Assembly: GCA_029977425.1 (NCBI GenBank)
Contig: JAPOKX010000002.1
Coordinates: 1 to 48,837, forward strand
Source: Actinomycetota bacterium
GTDB taxonomy: Bacteria > Actinomycetota > Actinomycetes > S36-B12
DNA length: 48,837 bases
Direction of reading: 5' to 3'
Positions 1 to 11,486 of the stretch are shown in pieces (within the stretch, counting starts at the first letter, position 1; each line of letters begins with the position of its first letter). Below the pieces are notes generated by a model. It made no database searches and was not told the DNA's origin. It saw nothing but the letters and a program-made list of their open reading frames with translations. Made by a program: the position numbers and the translations under genes.

Positions 1-746
1 ACATCATCAACGGGCGCAAGTGGTGGACCTCAGGGGCCAACGATCCGCGCTGCAAGATCCTGATCGTCATGGGACGCACCAACCCCGACGCCGCCTCCCA
101 TCAGCAGCAGTCGATGATCCTCGTGCCCAGGGACACTCCCGGCCTGGAGATCGTCCGCGCCATGGAGGTGTTCGGGTACGACGATCGGGACCACGGCGGC
201 CACGCCGAGCTCCGGTTCACCGACGTGAGGGTCCCCGCGGGCAATCTGCTTGCGGCCGAGGGCGCCGGCTTCGCGATCGCCCAGGGTCGCCTGGGCCCGG
301 GCCGTATCCACCACTGCATGAGGTCGATCGGGATGGCCGAGCGCGCCATCGAGCTCATGTGCGAGCGCGTGGAGGGTCGTGTCGCCTTCGGGCGGCCCCT
401 CGCCGACCAGGGCGTGATCCGCGAGTGGATCGCTCGCTCGCGCATCGAGGTCGAGCAGCTGCGCCTGCTCACCCTCAAGGCGGCGTGGCTCATGGACACC
501 GTCGGGGTGCGCGGTGCGCACACCGAGATCCAGGCCATCAAGGTGGCGGCTCCCATGACCGTGCAGACGATCCTCGATCGCGCGATCCAGGCGTTCGGAG
601 GGATGGGCGTCTCGCAGGACACCCCGTTGGCCGCGATGCTGGCGGGAGTGCGCACCCTGCGCCTTGCGGACGGACCGGATGAGGTGCACCTGGCCGCACT
701 CGGCAAATACGAGGTCAAGAAGCAGCGCGAGCGCCGCGGCGCGTAG
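1..746 (+). CDS. Acyl-CoA dehydrogenase family protein, C-terminal part (5' end outside window)
   Basis: The frame of the 69..746 ORF is open back to the window edge ([26 protein letters not shown]...). [21 protein letters not shown] and LADGPDEVH segments are typical of ACAD middle and C-terminal domains. Stop TAG 744-746. Confidence 0.85.
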   Translation, partial: IINGRKWWTSGANDPRCKILIVMGRTNPDAASHQQQSMILVPRDTPGLEIVRAMEVFGYDDRDHGGHAELRFTDVRVPAGNLLAAEGAGFAIAQGRLGPGRIHHCMRSIGMAERAIELMCERVEGRVAFGRPLADQGVIREWIARSRIEVEQLRLLTLKAAWLMDTVGVRGAHTEIQAIKVAAPMTVQTILDRAIQAFGGMGVSQDTPLAAMLAGVRTLRLADGPDEVHLAALGKYEVKKQRERRGA

Positions 747-766
747 CCGGCTGCCGCTACGTCGAC

Positions 767-790
767 TCAGCGGGGAATTCAGCGGGGAAT
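767..790. repeat. Perfect 12-bp tandem duplication (TCAGCGGGGAAT x2) spanning the modC stop codon
   Basis: Read directly: 767-778 and 779-790 are identical. On the minus strand this reads ATTCCCCGCTGA ATTCCCCGCTGA, that is IPR-stop twice. Confidence 0.9.
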
Positions 791-1858
791 CAGGTGCACG
801 GACGTGCTCTTGATCACCGCGGTCACCTCGCGTCCGGGGGCGATCTGGAGTTCCTCGGCGGAGGGACGGGTGATGGCGGAGACCAGCTGCACTCCTGCGT
901 CGAGGGTGACACGCACGAGCGGGCCTTCCTGCGTCGTGGCGAGCACGGTGGCGCGCAGGTGGTTGCGAGGCGAGGCGCCTGCGCTGGCGGGACCGACATC
1001 GAGGCTGATGTCCTCCGCTCTCACGCAGACGTAGACCGCCTCGCCCACAGCCAGCGGAGCGGTCGCCACCGATGTGAGGACATGCGGGCCCACCTCCACC
1101 TGGGCCAGGCCGCGATCGAGGGCGACGACGCGACCGGGGAGTGCGGTCTCGACTCCGACCACCGCGGCGACGTCGGCATTGGCAGGGCGATCGAAGACGT
1201 CGGCGACCGGACCTGACTGACGGATCGTCCCGTCGATGATCACCGCCGCGGTGTCGCCGAGAGCGAGTGCCTCGGCACGATCGTGCGTGACGACGATGGA
1301 CGGGATGCCTTCGCTGGTGAGGATGTGCCGCAACTCCGTGCGCAGGCCGAGCCTCGTGGGGGAGTCGAGAGCAGAGAGCGGCTCATCGAGCAGGAGGAGT
1401 CGCGGGCGCGGCGCCAGGGCGCGGGCGAGCGCGATTCGCTGCGCCTCGCCTCCGGAGAGTCCGTGCACCGTGGGGCGCGTCGACAGGTGTGCCGCCCGGA
1501 CTGCTCGCAGGGCTGCGTCCACGCGTGCCGCGCGCTCCTCGCGTGACACCCCGGTCACGCCGTAGCCGACGTTGGCGCCGACGGACATGTGGGGGAAGAG
1601 GGCGTGGTCCTGGAAGAGCAGGCCGACGCCCCGGGCACGTGCGGGGATGACCCGGCGGCCGCCGTCGTCCCAGGTCTCCCCGTCCCAGGCGATGCGCCCG
1701 GCATCGATGCGTTCCAGGCCGGCGATGGCCCGCAGGATCGTCGTCTTGCCCGAGCCCGAAGGACCGAAGAGCACGGTCACGTGCCCGGGGCTGAGGTCGA
1801 TGTCCATGCGCGCCCGGACGACGTGGCGGTGGATGTCGACCGCGAGGACGCCGGTCAC
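779..1858 (-). CDS. modC: Molybdate ABC transporter ATP-binding protein
   Basis: Walker A GPSGSGKT, signature LSGGEAQR, Walker B LLLLDEP, and a C-terminal TOBE-like tail. Start taken as GTG 1858, overlapping the modB stop (GTGA). The 639-aa track ORF is a 5' read-through over modB in another frame. Confidence 0.9.
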   Translation of the reverse strand: MTGVLAVDIHRHVVRARMDIDLSPGHVTVLFGPSGSGKTTILRAIAGLERIDAGRIAWDGETWDDGGRRVIPARARGVGLLFQDHALFPHMSVGANVGYGVTGVSREERAARVDAALRAVRAAHLSTRPTVHGLSGGEAQRIALARALAPRPRLLLLDEPLSALDSPTRLGLRTELRHILTSEGIPSIVVTHDRAEALALGDTAAVIIDGTIRQSGPVADVFDRPANADVAAVVGVETALPGRVVALDRGLAQVEVGPHVLTSVATAPLAVGEAVYVCVRAEDISLDVGPASAGASPRNHLRATVLATTQEGPLVRVTLDAGVQLVSAITRPSAEELQIAPGREVTAVIKSTSVHLIPR

Positions 1859-2541
1859 TTGACCCAGCCCGCAAGAACGGGTCGACCGCTGCGCCGCTGG
1901 AGTGAGTAGACCGCGATGAGCACGATCACGGAGAAGGCGAGCAGGGCGATGCTCGTGCGACCCGCCGCGGCGTAGTCGAAGGCCTGGACGTCGTCGTAGA
2001 TATCGATGCTCACCGTCCGAGTCACGCCGGGGATGTTGCCGCCGACCATGAGCACGACGCCGAACTCGCCGATGGTGTGCGCGAACGTGAGCACGGCCGC
2101 GGTGGCCACGCCTGCGCGCGCCCCCGGCAGCACGACCCGGGCGAGGGTCGTGGGCCACCGTCGTCCCAGCACGGCCGATGCCTCGAGCAGGCGACGGTCG
2201 ATTCCGGCGAACGCAGCCATCATGGGCTGCACCGCGAAGGGAAGGCTGTAGAGGATGGACGCGATGAGAAGCCCCGTGAAACTGAACACCAGGGGGCTGC
2301 CGGTCGTTTCCGTCCACCAGCGCCCGACGGGGGACTGCGCACCGAGGGCGACGAGCAGGTAGTAGCCGAGGACCGTCGGCGGCAGGACCAGCGGCAGAGC
2401 GACGATGGCCTCGACGGCGACAGCCCAGCGCGCGCGCGTGAAGGTCAGCCACGCGGCGAGCGGTATCCCCACAGCGAGGAGCACGATCGTCGTCACGAAC
2501 GCCAGTTGCACGCTGAGGACGATGGAAGGCCAATCGAGCAT
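1855..2541 (-). CDS. modB: Molybdate ABC transporter permease
   Basis: 228-aa polytopic membrane ORF with a permease EAA-type loop (LEASAVLGRRWPTTLARVVLPGAR), sandwiched between and coupled to modA and modC. Confidence 0.9.
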   Translation of the reverse strand: MLDWPSIVLSVQLAFVTTIVLLAVGIPLAAWLTFTRARWAVAVEAIVALPLVLPPTVLGYYLLVALGAQSPVGRWWTETTGSPLVFSFTGLLIASILYSLPFAVQPMMAAFAGIDRRLLEASAVLGRRWPTTLARVVLPGARAGVATAAVLTFAHTIGEFGVVLMVGGNIPGVTRTVSIDIYDDVQAFDYAAAGRTSIALLAFSVIVLIAVYSLQRRSGRPVLAGWVK

Positions 2542-3309
2542 CTAGTCCTCCGGGAGGATGAATCCGTAGCGGGCCAGGATGTCGCGGCCCTGCGCGCTGA
2601 GGATGGTGTCGCGCAGAGCGCGGGCGCCTGTCGAGTCGGTGAGGAGCGCGCCCCCCTGCTCGATGGTGGGGAAGTCCTCCAGCGGTATCTCCCACCACGT
2701 GCCCACATCGCGCAGCGGATCCGACAGGACGAGCGAGAGCGCGACGATCCCCGCGTCGGCGTTGCCGGTCGTCACGAACTCTGCTGCCTGAGCGACGTTC
2801 TCCCCGAGGACGAGCCGCGCACGGACGTCCTCGTAGACGCCCGCACCTTCCATCGCAGCGACGGCGGCACGGCCATAGGGCGCGTGCTCAGGGTTCGCGA
2901 TGGAGATGCGCTGGGCGTCCCGCAGGATCCCGAGCCCCTCGCTCGGTTCGAGAGGCGATCCGTCGGGCACCCACAGCACGAGACGCCCGACCGCGTAGGT
3001 GAAGGTCTGGTCGACCCGGCCTGCCTCGACCAGCTTCTGCGGATAGGCCAGGTCCGCGGACAGGTAGACATCGAATGGCGCGCCGTTCTCGATTTGCTGG
3101 AGGAATTGCCCGGACGATCCGTAGGTGACGGCGTACTCCACTCCGGGATTGGCCTGCTCCGCGATCGCGATGACCTCATCGAGGGCGTAGCGCAGATCCG
3201 CGGCAGCCGCGATGGTGACGCGCGAGTCGGTCGATGAGGAGCACGCGGCGGTCGAGAGGGCGAGGGCACTCGCCATGGCCATGGCGATGAGGGCGCGCAC
3301 GGGCGTCAT
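2542..3309 (-). CDS. modA: Molybdate-binding lipoprotein (ABC substrate-binding protein)
   Basis: N-terminal signal peptide with a lipobox-like LSTAAC. YGSSGQFLQQIENGAPFDVYLSAD matches the ModA-type binding-protein motif. Its stop abuts the modB ATG. Confidence 0.85.
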   Translation of the reverse strand: MTPVRALIAMAMASALALSTAACSSSTDSRVTIAAAADLRYALDEVIAIAEQANPGVEYAVTYGSSGQFLQQIENGAPFDVYLSADLAYPQKLVEAGRVDQTFTYAVGRLVLWVPDGSPLEPSEGLGILRDAQRISIANPEHAPYGRAAVAAMEGAGVYEDVRARLVLGENVAQAAEFVTTGNADAGIVALSLVLSDPLRDVGTWWEIPLEDFPTIEQGGALLTDSTGARALRDTILSAQGRDILARYGFILPED

Positions 3310-3713
3310 GGTCCGGGGACCTCCACCCCGACGTTGGTGGCCTTGACGGTGGCGATGGCGAGTGAGCCGGGCTCCAGGCCGAGCTCCTCCACGGCCTCCG
3401 CGCTGAGAAGCGAAACCAATCGGTGGGGGCCGGCCTGGATCTCGACCTGGGCCATGACCGTGTCCTTGACCACGCGCGTGACGATGCCCGCGAAGCGATT
3501 GCGTGCCGATCGCCCCACGATCGGAGCGGTCTCGGCGCTCACGTGGGAGGCGGCGGTCTCCCGGAGGAGCCGGGCGACCTCGGCGCCCTCGATGACCTGG
3601 CGGCCCGAGGCGTCGCTGGTCGCGGGGACGCGGCCCGCCTCGATCCAGCGCCGGAGGGTGTCATCGCTGATGCCCAGGTACGCGGCAGCCTCAGAGATCC
3701 GCAATTGAGTCAT
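3306..3713 (-). CDS. Molybdate-responsive regulator candidate: excisionase/MerR-like HTH fused to a TOBE (Mop) domain
   Basis: N-terminus MTQLRISEAAAYLGISDDTLRRWIEAGRV is HTH-like. C-terminus SARNRFAGIVTRVVKDTVMAQVEIQAGPHRLVSLLSAEAV...ATVKATNV is TOBE-like. ATGA overlap with modA. ATG 3713 is preferred over the TTG 3749 of the track because family members begin just before the HTH. Confidence 0.75.
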   Translation of the reverse strand: MTQLRISEAAAYLGISDDTLRRWIEAGRVPATSDASGRQVIEGAEVARLLRETAASHVSAETAPIVGRSARNRFAGIVTRVVKDTVMAQVEIQAGPHRLVSLLSAEAVEELGLEPGSLAIATVKATNVGVEVPGP

Positions 3714-3721
3714 GCTCGGGG

Positions 3722-3749
3722 AATCTACTCCGCAATAGCGGATCTGCAA
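3722..3749 (-). promoter_or_regulatory. Putative mod operon promoter with an inverted repeat in the spacer
   Basis: Minus strand reads TTGCAG (3749-3744), a 16-nt spacer, TAGATT (3727-3722), 8 nt, then ATG 3713. The spacer contains the palindrome TCCGC-AATA-GCGGA (3729-3742). Confidence 0.35.
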
Positions 3750-3900
3750 GGGGAAATCAGCCGTGAATGAGGGGTAGGGAGACCATTGACTGGGCTGGAG
3801 TGAGTCGGTGGTTGCCCTGGAGGCTGCCGGGGCCTAACCTCGGGGCCTCACGCGATCCGCCGGTCCCTCGGCGGGTCGCTCGTTGTCGGAGGGGGAGGAC

Positions 3901-4569
3901 ATGGCCACCGCCAAGAAGGCCGCCCCGGCCAAGAAGGCTGCTCCTGCCAAGAAGGCGGCCGCGCCGGCGAAGAAGGCTGCTCCCGTCAAGAAGGCTGCTG
4001 CCCCGGCGAAGAAGGCTGCCGCGCCGGCGAAGAAGGCGGCCGCGCCGGCGAAGAAGGCTGCCGCGCCGGCGAAGAAGGCTGCCGCGCCGGCGAAGAAGGC
4101 TGCTCCTGCCCAGAAGGCTGCTGCGCCGGCGAAGAAGGCTGCTCCTGCCAAGAAGGCTGCCCCAGCCAAGAAGCGCCTGGCCGTCCGCGAGGACGAGTCC
4201 CCGTGGACGCCCGCGGAGATCGCCGAGGTGCGCAAGGCGCTCGAGGCCGACGTCGTGAGACTGCTCGAGGAGATCGCCATCACCGAGCAGGACATCGCCG
4301 AGCTCGTGGCCGACTCCGGTGACGGTGCGGGGGATGACCAGGCGGACGCGGGCAGCAAGACCTTCGAGCGCGAGCACGAGATGTCGCTGGCAAATAATGC
4401 GCGCGACATGCTCCAGCAGACGGAGCACGCTCTGGCCCGCATCGACAACGGCACCTACGGCATGTGCGAGATGTGCGGTAAGCCCGTCGGCAAGCTGAGG
4501 TTGCAGGCCTTCCCTCGCGCGACGATGTGCCTGGCCTGCAAGGAGATCGAGGAGCGCCGGGCCTACTAG
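3901..4569 (+). CDS. DdbA-like protein: N-terminal histone-H1-like Ala/Lys/Pro repeats fused to a C-terminal DksA/TraR C4 zinc finger
   Basis: About 14 AKKAA(A)P units, then a coiled-coil region, then CEMCGKPVGKLRLQAFPRATMCLAC (CxxC-x17-CxxC). GGAGG at 3888-3892 lies 8 nt upstream of ATG 3901, whereas the track start TTG 3883 has no SD. Lies upstream of lspA as in Streptomyces. Confidence 0.8.
   Translation: MATAKKAAPAKKAAPAKKAAAPAKKAAPVKKAAAPAKKAAAPAKKAAAPAKKAAAPAKKAAAPAKKAAPAQKAAAPAKKAAPAKKAAPAKKRLAVREDESPWTPAEIAEVRKALEADVVRLLEEIAITEQDIAELVADSGDGAGDDQADAGSKTFEREHEMSLANNARDMLQQTEHALARIDNGTYGMCEMCGKPVGKLRLQAFPRATMCLACKEIEERRAY
3910..4173 (+). repeat. In-frame 18/21-bp coding tandem repeats (AKKAAP / AKKAAAP)
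   Basis: Read directly. The central units CCGGCGAAGAAGGC(T/G)GCCGCG recur almost identically around 4005-4090. Confidence 0.9.
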
Positions 4570-4617
4570 GCATCGGTCGGATCTCACGCGACGTGCGTGT
4601 CGGCGTAGCCTGGTGCG

Positions 4618-5187
4618 ATGACGGACGAGCCCCCCACGCCCACGCCGACGCGCACGGGGCCACGGCTCATCTGGGTGACCCTCGGGGTCGCCCTGCTCGT
4701 GATCCTCATCGACCAGCTGACCAAGGCCTGGGCCCTGGCCGTCCTACAGCCGCGCATCGCGTCGGGCGAGGGTCCGATCGAGGTCGTGGGGCAGTGGTTC
4801 CGGCTCACCTTCGTGGAGAACACCGGCGCGGGCTTCGGCATCGGCGCAGGCTTCACCTGGCTCTTCGCGATCATCGCCGCCGTCGTCGCGGTGGTCATCA
4901 TCCGCACGGCCACGCGGCTGGGCAGCATGCCGTGGGCGATCGCGCTGGGTGGCCTGCTCGGTGGGGCGGTGGGCAATCTCATCGACCGGCTCGTCCGCGC
5001 GCCGGGCTTCGGCGAGGAGTACGCCGGTCCCGGGCAGGGCTACGTCGTCGACTTCTTCCAGCTTCCCTACTGGCCCGTCTTCAACGTCGCCGACATGGCC
5101 ATCGTCGGGTCGGCGATCCTCATGGTCGTCCTCACCATTCGCGGCGTCGACATGTCGGGCAAGCCCCGCGCCAGCGTCGATGCCTGA
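4618..5187 (+). CDS. lspA: Lipoprotein signal peptidase (signal peptidase II)
   Basis: 189 aa with 4 TM segments. Motifs [22 protein letters not shown] and [16 protein letters not shown] are typical of LspA. Confidence 0.9.
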   Translation: MTDEPPTPTPTRTGPRLIWVTLGVALLVILIDQLTKAWALAVLQPRIASGEGPIEVVGQWFRLTFVENTGAGFGIGAGFTWLFAIIAAVVAVVIIRTATRLGSMPWAIALGGLLGGAVGNLIDRLVRAPGFGEEYAGPGQGYVVDFFQLPYWPVFNVADMAIVGSAILMVVLTIRGVDMSGKPRASVDA

Positions 5188-6103
5188 TACGCGCCAGCTC
5201 CCCGTCCCCGAGGGACTCGCGGGCGAGCGTGCCGATGTGGGGATCGCACGCTTGCTCGGCCTGTCGCGCTCGGCGGCGGCGGATCTGTGCTCCGCAGGTG
5301 CGGTCGCGCTCGATGGGCGCCCGATCGCCAAGTCCGACCGCCTCGTCGCTGACGCCTGGTTGGAGGTGACGCTGCCCGAGCCCGAGGTGCAGCGTGAGCC
5401 GGAGCCGGTGGAGGGGATGCGCATCGTCTTCGACGACGACGACATCGTGATCGTCGACAAGCCTGTGGGCGTGGCTGCGCACCCGAGCCCGGGATGGGAA
5501 GGCCCCACTGTCGTGGGCGGGCTCGCTGCCGCTGGCTACCGGATCTCCACGTCGGGAGCTGCAGAGCGTCAGGGGGTCGTGCACCGCCTGGACGTGGGCA
5601 CGACCGGCCTCATGGTGGTCGCCAAGAGCGAGCCGGCGTACTCCGAGCTCAAGCGCCAGTTCAAGGAGCGCTCGGTCACCAAGGTCTACCGCGCGATCGC
5701 GCAGGGCCATCTCGATCCGCTCACGGGCACGATCGACGCGCCCATCGCCCGCCACCCGAGTGCGGACTACAAGATGGCCGTCGTCTCCGGTGGGCGCCCG
5801 AGCGTGACGCACTACGAGACGCTCGAGGCGTTCCCGCATGCGAGCCTGCTCGAGATCGACCTCGAGACCGGACGCACGCACCAGATCCGCGTGCACATGG
5901 CAGCGATGCGCCACCCCCTTGTCGGCGACACGACGTACGGCGCGGATCCGACCCTCGCTGCTCGGGCGGGCCTGTCGAGGCCCGCACTGCACGCCGCTCG
6001 GTTGGAGATCGCGCATCCTTCGACGGGGGAGCTTGTCGCCGTGGAGTCACCGGATCCCCCGGACTTCGCCGAGGCCCTACGCCGCTTGGAGTCGGGCGTC
6101 TAG
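5180..6103 (+). CDS. rluD: RluA-family 23S rRNA pseudouridine synthase (RluD-like)
   Basis: S4-like N-terminus, then the catalytic motif [18 protein letters not shown] and [15 protein letters not shown] 5180 overlaps the end of lspA. The upstream part of the track ORF (4949-) is out-of-frame read-through of lspA. Confidence 0.85.
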   Translation: MPDTRQLPVPEGLAGERADVGIARLLGLSRSAAADLCSAGAVALDGRPIAKSDRLVADAWLEVTLPEPEVQREPEPVEGMRIVFDDDDIVIVDKPVGVAAHPSPGWEGPTVVGGLAAAGYRISTSGAAERQGVVHRLDVGTTGLMVVAKSEPAYSELKRQFKERSVTKVYRAIAQGHLDPLTGTIDAPIARHPSADYKMAVVSGGRPSVTHYETLEAFPHASLLEIDLETGRTHQIRVHMAAMRHPLVGDTTYGADPTLAARAGLSRPALHAARLEIAHPSTGELVAVESPDPPDFAEALRRLESGV

Positions 6104-6142
6104 CGCGCATACGCGTGAGACGGCTGGGACGGGCGTGACGAC

Positions 6143-6169
6143 CCCGGGCTCTCGGCGCGTCGGCCCGGG
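6143..6169 (+). terminator. GC-rich hairpin downstream of rluD (possible intrinsic terminator without U-tract)
   Basis: CCCGGGC (6143-6149) pairs with GCCCGGG (6163-6169) around a 13-nt loop, 40 nt after the rluD stop. Confidence 0.3.
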
Positions 6170-6190
6170 AGCAGGGTCAGACTCCCGGAC

Positions 6191-6196
6191 TAGGGT
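6191..6196 (+). promoter_or_regulatory. -10 box TAGGGT positioned for a leaderless dnaE transcript
   Basis: ACTAGGGTG, then exactly 6 nt (gagcgg), then GTG 6203. There is no Shine-Dalgarno between them. Confidence 0.35.
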
Positions 6197-6202
6197 GAGC
6201 GG

Positions 6203-9745
<3,543 letters not shown>

Positions 9746-9751
<6 letters not shown>

Positions 9752-9775
9752 CCTGTGATGACCTGACCTGTGATG
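9746..9775. repeat. Perfect 15-bp tandem duplication (ACCTGACCTGTGATG x2) spanning the dnaE stop and the next gene's start
   Basis: Read directly: 9746-9760 equals 9761-9775. Copy 1 contains the dnaE TGA (9749-9751). Copy 2 contains GTG 9770 and ATG 9773. Confidence 0.9.
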
Positions 9776-10294
9776 AGAAGACTCGCTGCCTCGGTCGTCG
9801 CTGTCCTCGGCGCCATCGGACTCGGCGCCCTGCTCGGACTGGTCTGGGAGGCCCTCGCGCCCCGCGTCTCGCTCATCGTCGCGTCCGATGGCAAGCCCTA
9901 TCCCGAGGGCTACCAGCCGGAGGGCTACATGACGGACGATGGGATCGCCGCACTGCTGTGCCTCGCAGCGGGCCTGGTCATGGGGATCGCGGCCGTGTGG
10001 GTGTCACGTCGCATCGCCGCGCGTGACCACGCGCTTCTCGTCGCTCTCGTGAGCGTGCTGGTCCTCGGGACGGCGGGCGCACTCGCCCTGTGGTGGACGG
10101 GGGAGACCGTCGGCTCCTTCGACTTCGAGGCTCTTCTCGCATCGAGCCCCGAGGGCACGGCCGTGACCGCGCCCCTCACCCTGCGCATGCCCGGCGTACT
10201 CGTCCTCTGGCCGATGGCTGCGGTGCTCGTGGTCTTCCTCGCCGCACTCGGCGACTGGTGGCGCGGGCGAAGCCGGGTCGAGTCCTACTCCTGA
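9770..10294 (+). CDS. Hypothetical integral membrane protein (about 4 TM, possibly DUF2567-like)
   Basis: 174-aa ORF with strong G/C at third codon positions and hydrophobic segments. No catalytic motif recognised. The start could be ATG 9773. Confidence 0.55.
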   Translation: MMRRLAASVVAVLGAIGLGALLGLVWEALAPRVSLIVASDGKPYPEGYQPEGYMTDDGIAALLCLAAGLVMGIAAVWVSRRIAARDHALLVALVSVLVLGTAGALALWWTGETVGSFDFEALLASSPEGTAVTAPLTLRMPGVLVLWPMAAVLVVFLAALGDWWRGRSRVESYS

Positions 10295-10797
10295 CCGGCC
10301 GCTTGCCCTTCTGCCGTCGAGATCGGGGCCACCTGCGCCGACGTCACGCGCACGAGATCCTCAGGTGCGACTGCGATGTCCAGTCCGCGCCTGCCCCCGG
10401 AGACGTAGACGACCGGCTGGCCGATCGCGCTTCGGTCGAGCACGGTGGGCAGCGCCGTCCGCTGGCCCAGAGGCGAGATGCCGCCGACGACGTAGCCCGT
10501 CAGCCGCTCGGCGACGGACGGATCGAGCATGCGCGCGCGCTTGGCGTTGCGGGCGCTCGCGAGTGCCTTGAGGTCGAGCATCCCGGTCACGGGGACGATC
10601 GCGACGACGGGCGCGCCGTCGACATCCGCCAGGAGCGTCTTGAAGACCGACGCGGGGGGCAAAGCGAGCGCCTCGGCTGCCTCGAGTCCGTAGTTCTGCC
10701 GAGAGGGGTCGTGATCGTAGGTGTGCACCGTGTGCGCGATACCCGCTCGCTGCAGCGCGACGAGCGCGGGCGTGCCGGCGGGAGATCGTCGCGCCAT
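10285..10797 (-). CDS. ybaK: Cys-tRNA(Pro)/Cys-tRNA(Cys) deacylase, YbaK/EbsC family
   Basis: [25 protein letters not shown]... FKTLL... [12 protein letters not shown] motifs of the YbaK editing domain. ATG 10797 shares one nt with the upstream gene's TGA (TGATG). Confidence 0.85.
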   Translation of the reverse strand: MARRSPAGTPALVALQRAGIAHTVHTYDHDPSRQNYGLEAAEALALPPASVFKTLLADVDGAPVVAIVPVTGMLDLKALASARNAKRARMLDPSVAERLTGYVVGGISPLGQRTALPTVLDRSAIGQPVVYVSGGRRGLDIAVAPEDLVRVTSAQVAPISTAEGQAAGQE

Positions 10798-11456
10798 CAG
10801 CACAGCCCGAAGGGCTCGCGGGCGAGGTCGACTGCCGGCAGCGAGGGAAGCTGCTCGATGAGGGCGGTCTCCTGTCGGAGGAAGGCGAGCTCGGCGCGCA
10901 GGCGCGACGCATCGTCGGCCGCTTCCAGGAAGGCTTGTTGCGTGGAGAGGTCGGCGACGACGGCGGCGCCGACCAGGTAGGACAGCACGCGCGGGTCCTC
11001 CGGCAGCTCCGTGTCGTCTTCCTCGTCCGTGAGCAGTTCGCGATACGCCTGGAAGCGACCGGACACCGAGAGGGCAAGGGGGGCGCTGGCGTCGCCGGGC
11101 TCCTCATCCAGCCACTCGACGCGTGCCTGGGCGTAGGGCTTGCCGTCCACCCCTTCGAGGATGCGGAAGCGCCGCGTGCCCACGGTGACGATGTCTGCCC
11201 GCCCGTCGGGAAGCGCGCTCACCTCCCGCAGGGAGGCAAAGGTGCCGACGTCGTGCAAGGCTCGCACTCCATCGACCCCGACCTCGTGGCCCTCCCGGAT
11301 GGCCACGACACCGAATCCACGATCGTCGTCGGACGCGTCCTCGAGGTCGGCAAGCAACTGCCGATAGCGCGGTTCGAATACGTGGAGAGGCAGGACGAGC
11401 CCAGGCACGAGGACGCTGGACAGCGGGAACAGGGGGATGACTCGTGCCGACGTCAC
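10797..11456 (-). CDS. LON protease N-terminal (substrate-binding, PUA-like) domain protein
   Basis: [29 protein letters not shown] is the hallmark opening of LON_substr_bdg proteins. GTG 11456 is the only in-frame start upstream of it. The rest of the 527-aa track ORF is antisense read-through of hisD. Confidence 0.75.
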   Translation of the reverse strand: MTSARVIPLFPLSSVLVPGLVLPLHVFEPRYRQLLADLEDASDDDRGFGVVAIREGHEVGVDGVRALHDVGTFASLREVSALPDGRADIVTVGTRRFRILEGVDGKPYAQARVEWLDEEPGDASAPLALSVSGRFQAYRELLTDEEDDTELPEDPRVLSYLVGAAVVADLSTQQAFLEAADDASRLRAELAFLRQETALIEQLPSLPAVDLAREPFGLC

Positions 11457-11463
11457 GGTCAGC

Positions 11464-11479
11464 AGGCTAGACCTACAAT
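11464..11479. promoter_or_regulatory. Back-to-back divergent -10 boxes (TAGCCT on minus strand, TACAAT on plus strand) for two leaderless genes
   Basis: Plus strand: TACAAT 11474-11479, 7 nt, ATG 11487 (hisD). Minus strand: TAGCCT 11469-11464, 7 nt, GTG 11456. Only 30 nt separate the two start codons and there is no SD on either side. Confidence 0.4.
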
Positions 11480-11486
11480 CGTGATC

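Noticed and set aside
779-2698. Apparent 639-aa ModC with a long N-terminal extension
   Set aside because: The first roughly 280 residues are an out-of-frame read of modB and the modA 3' end (Arg/Pro/Gly-rich). A GTG at 1858 overlapping the modB stop gives a normal 359-aa ModC.
3714-3900. Molybdenum-cofactor riboswitch, or another structured RNA, in the 187-nt divergent region between the mod regulator and the DdbA-like gene
   Set aside because: The mod operon's start codon is only about 8 nt from its -10 box, which leaves no room for a riboswitch. The remainder shows only a short hairpin (CCGCCG-gtccct-CGGCGG, 3857-3874) in the probable 5' UTR of the plus-strand gene. No conserved riboswitch core was recognised.
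3910-4173. Regular short repeats that could be mistaken for a CRISPR array or a non-coding VNTR
   Set aside because: The units are 18/21 bp, contiguous with no spacers, in frame, and encode AKKAA(A)P within a complete ORF. They form a coding low-complexity domain, not a CRISPR array.
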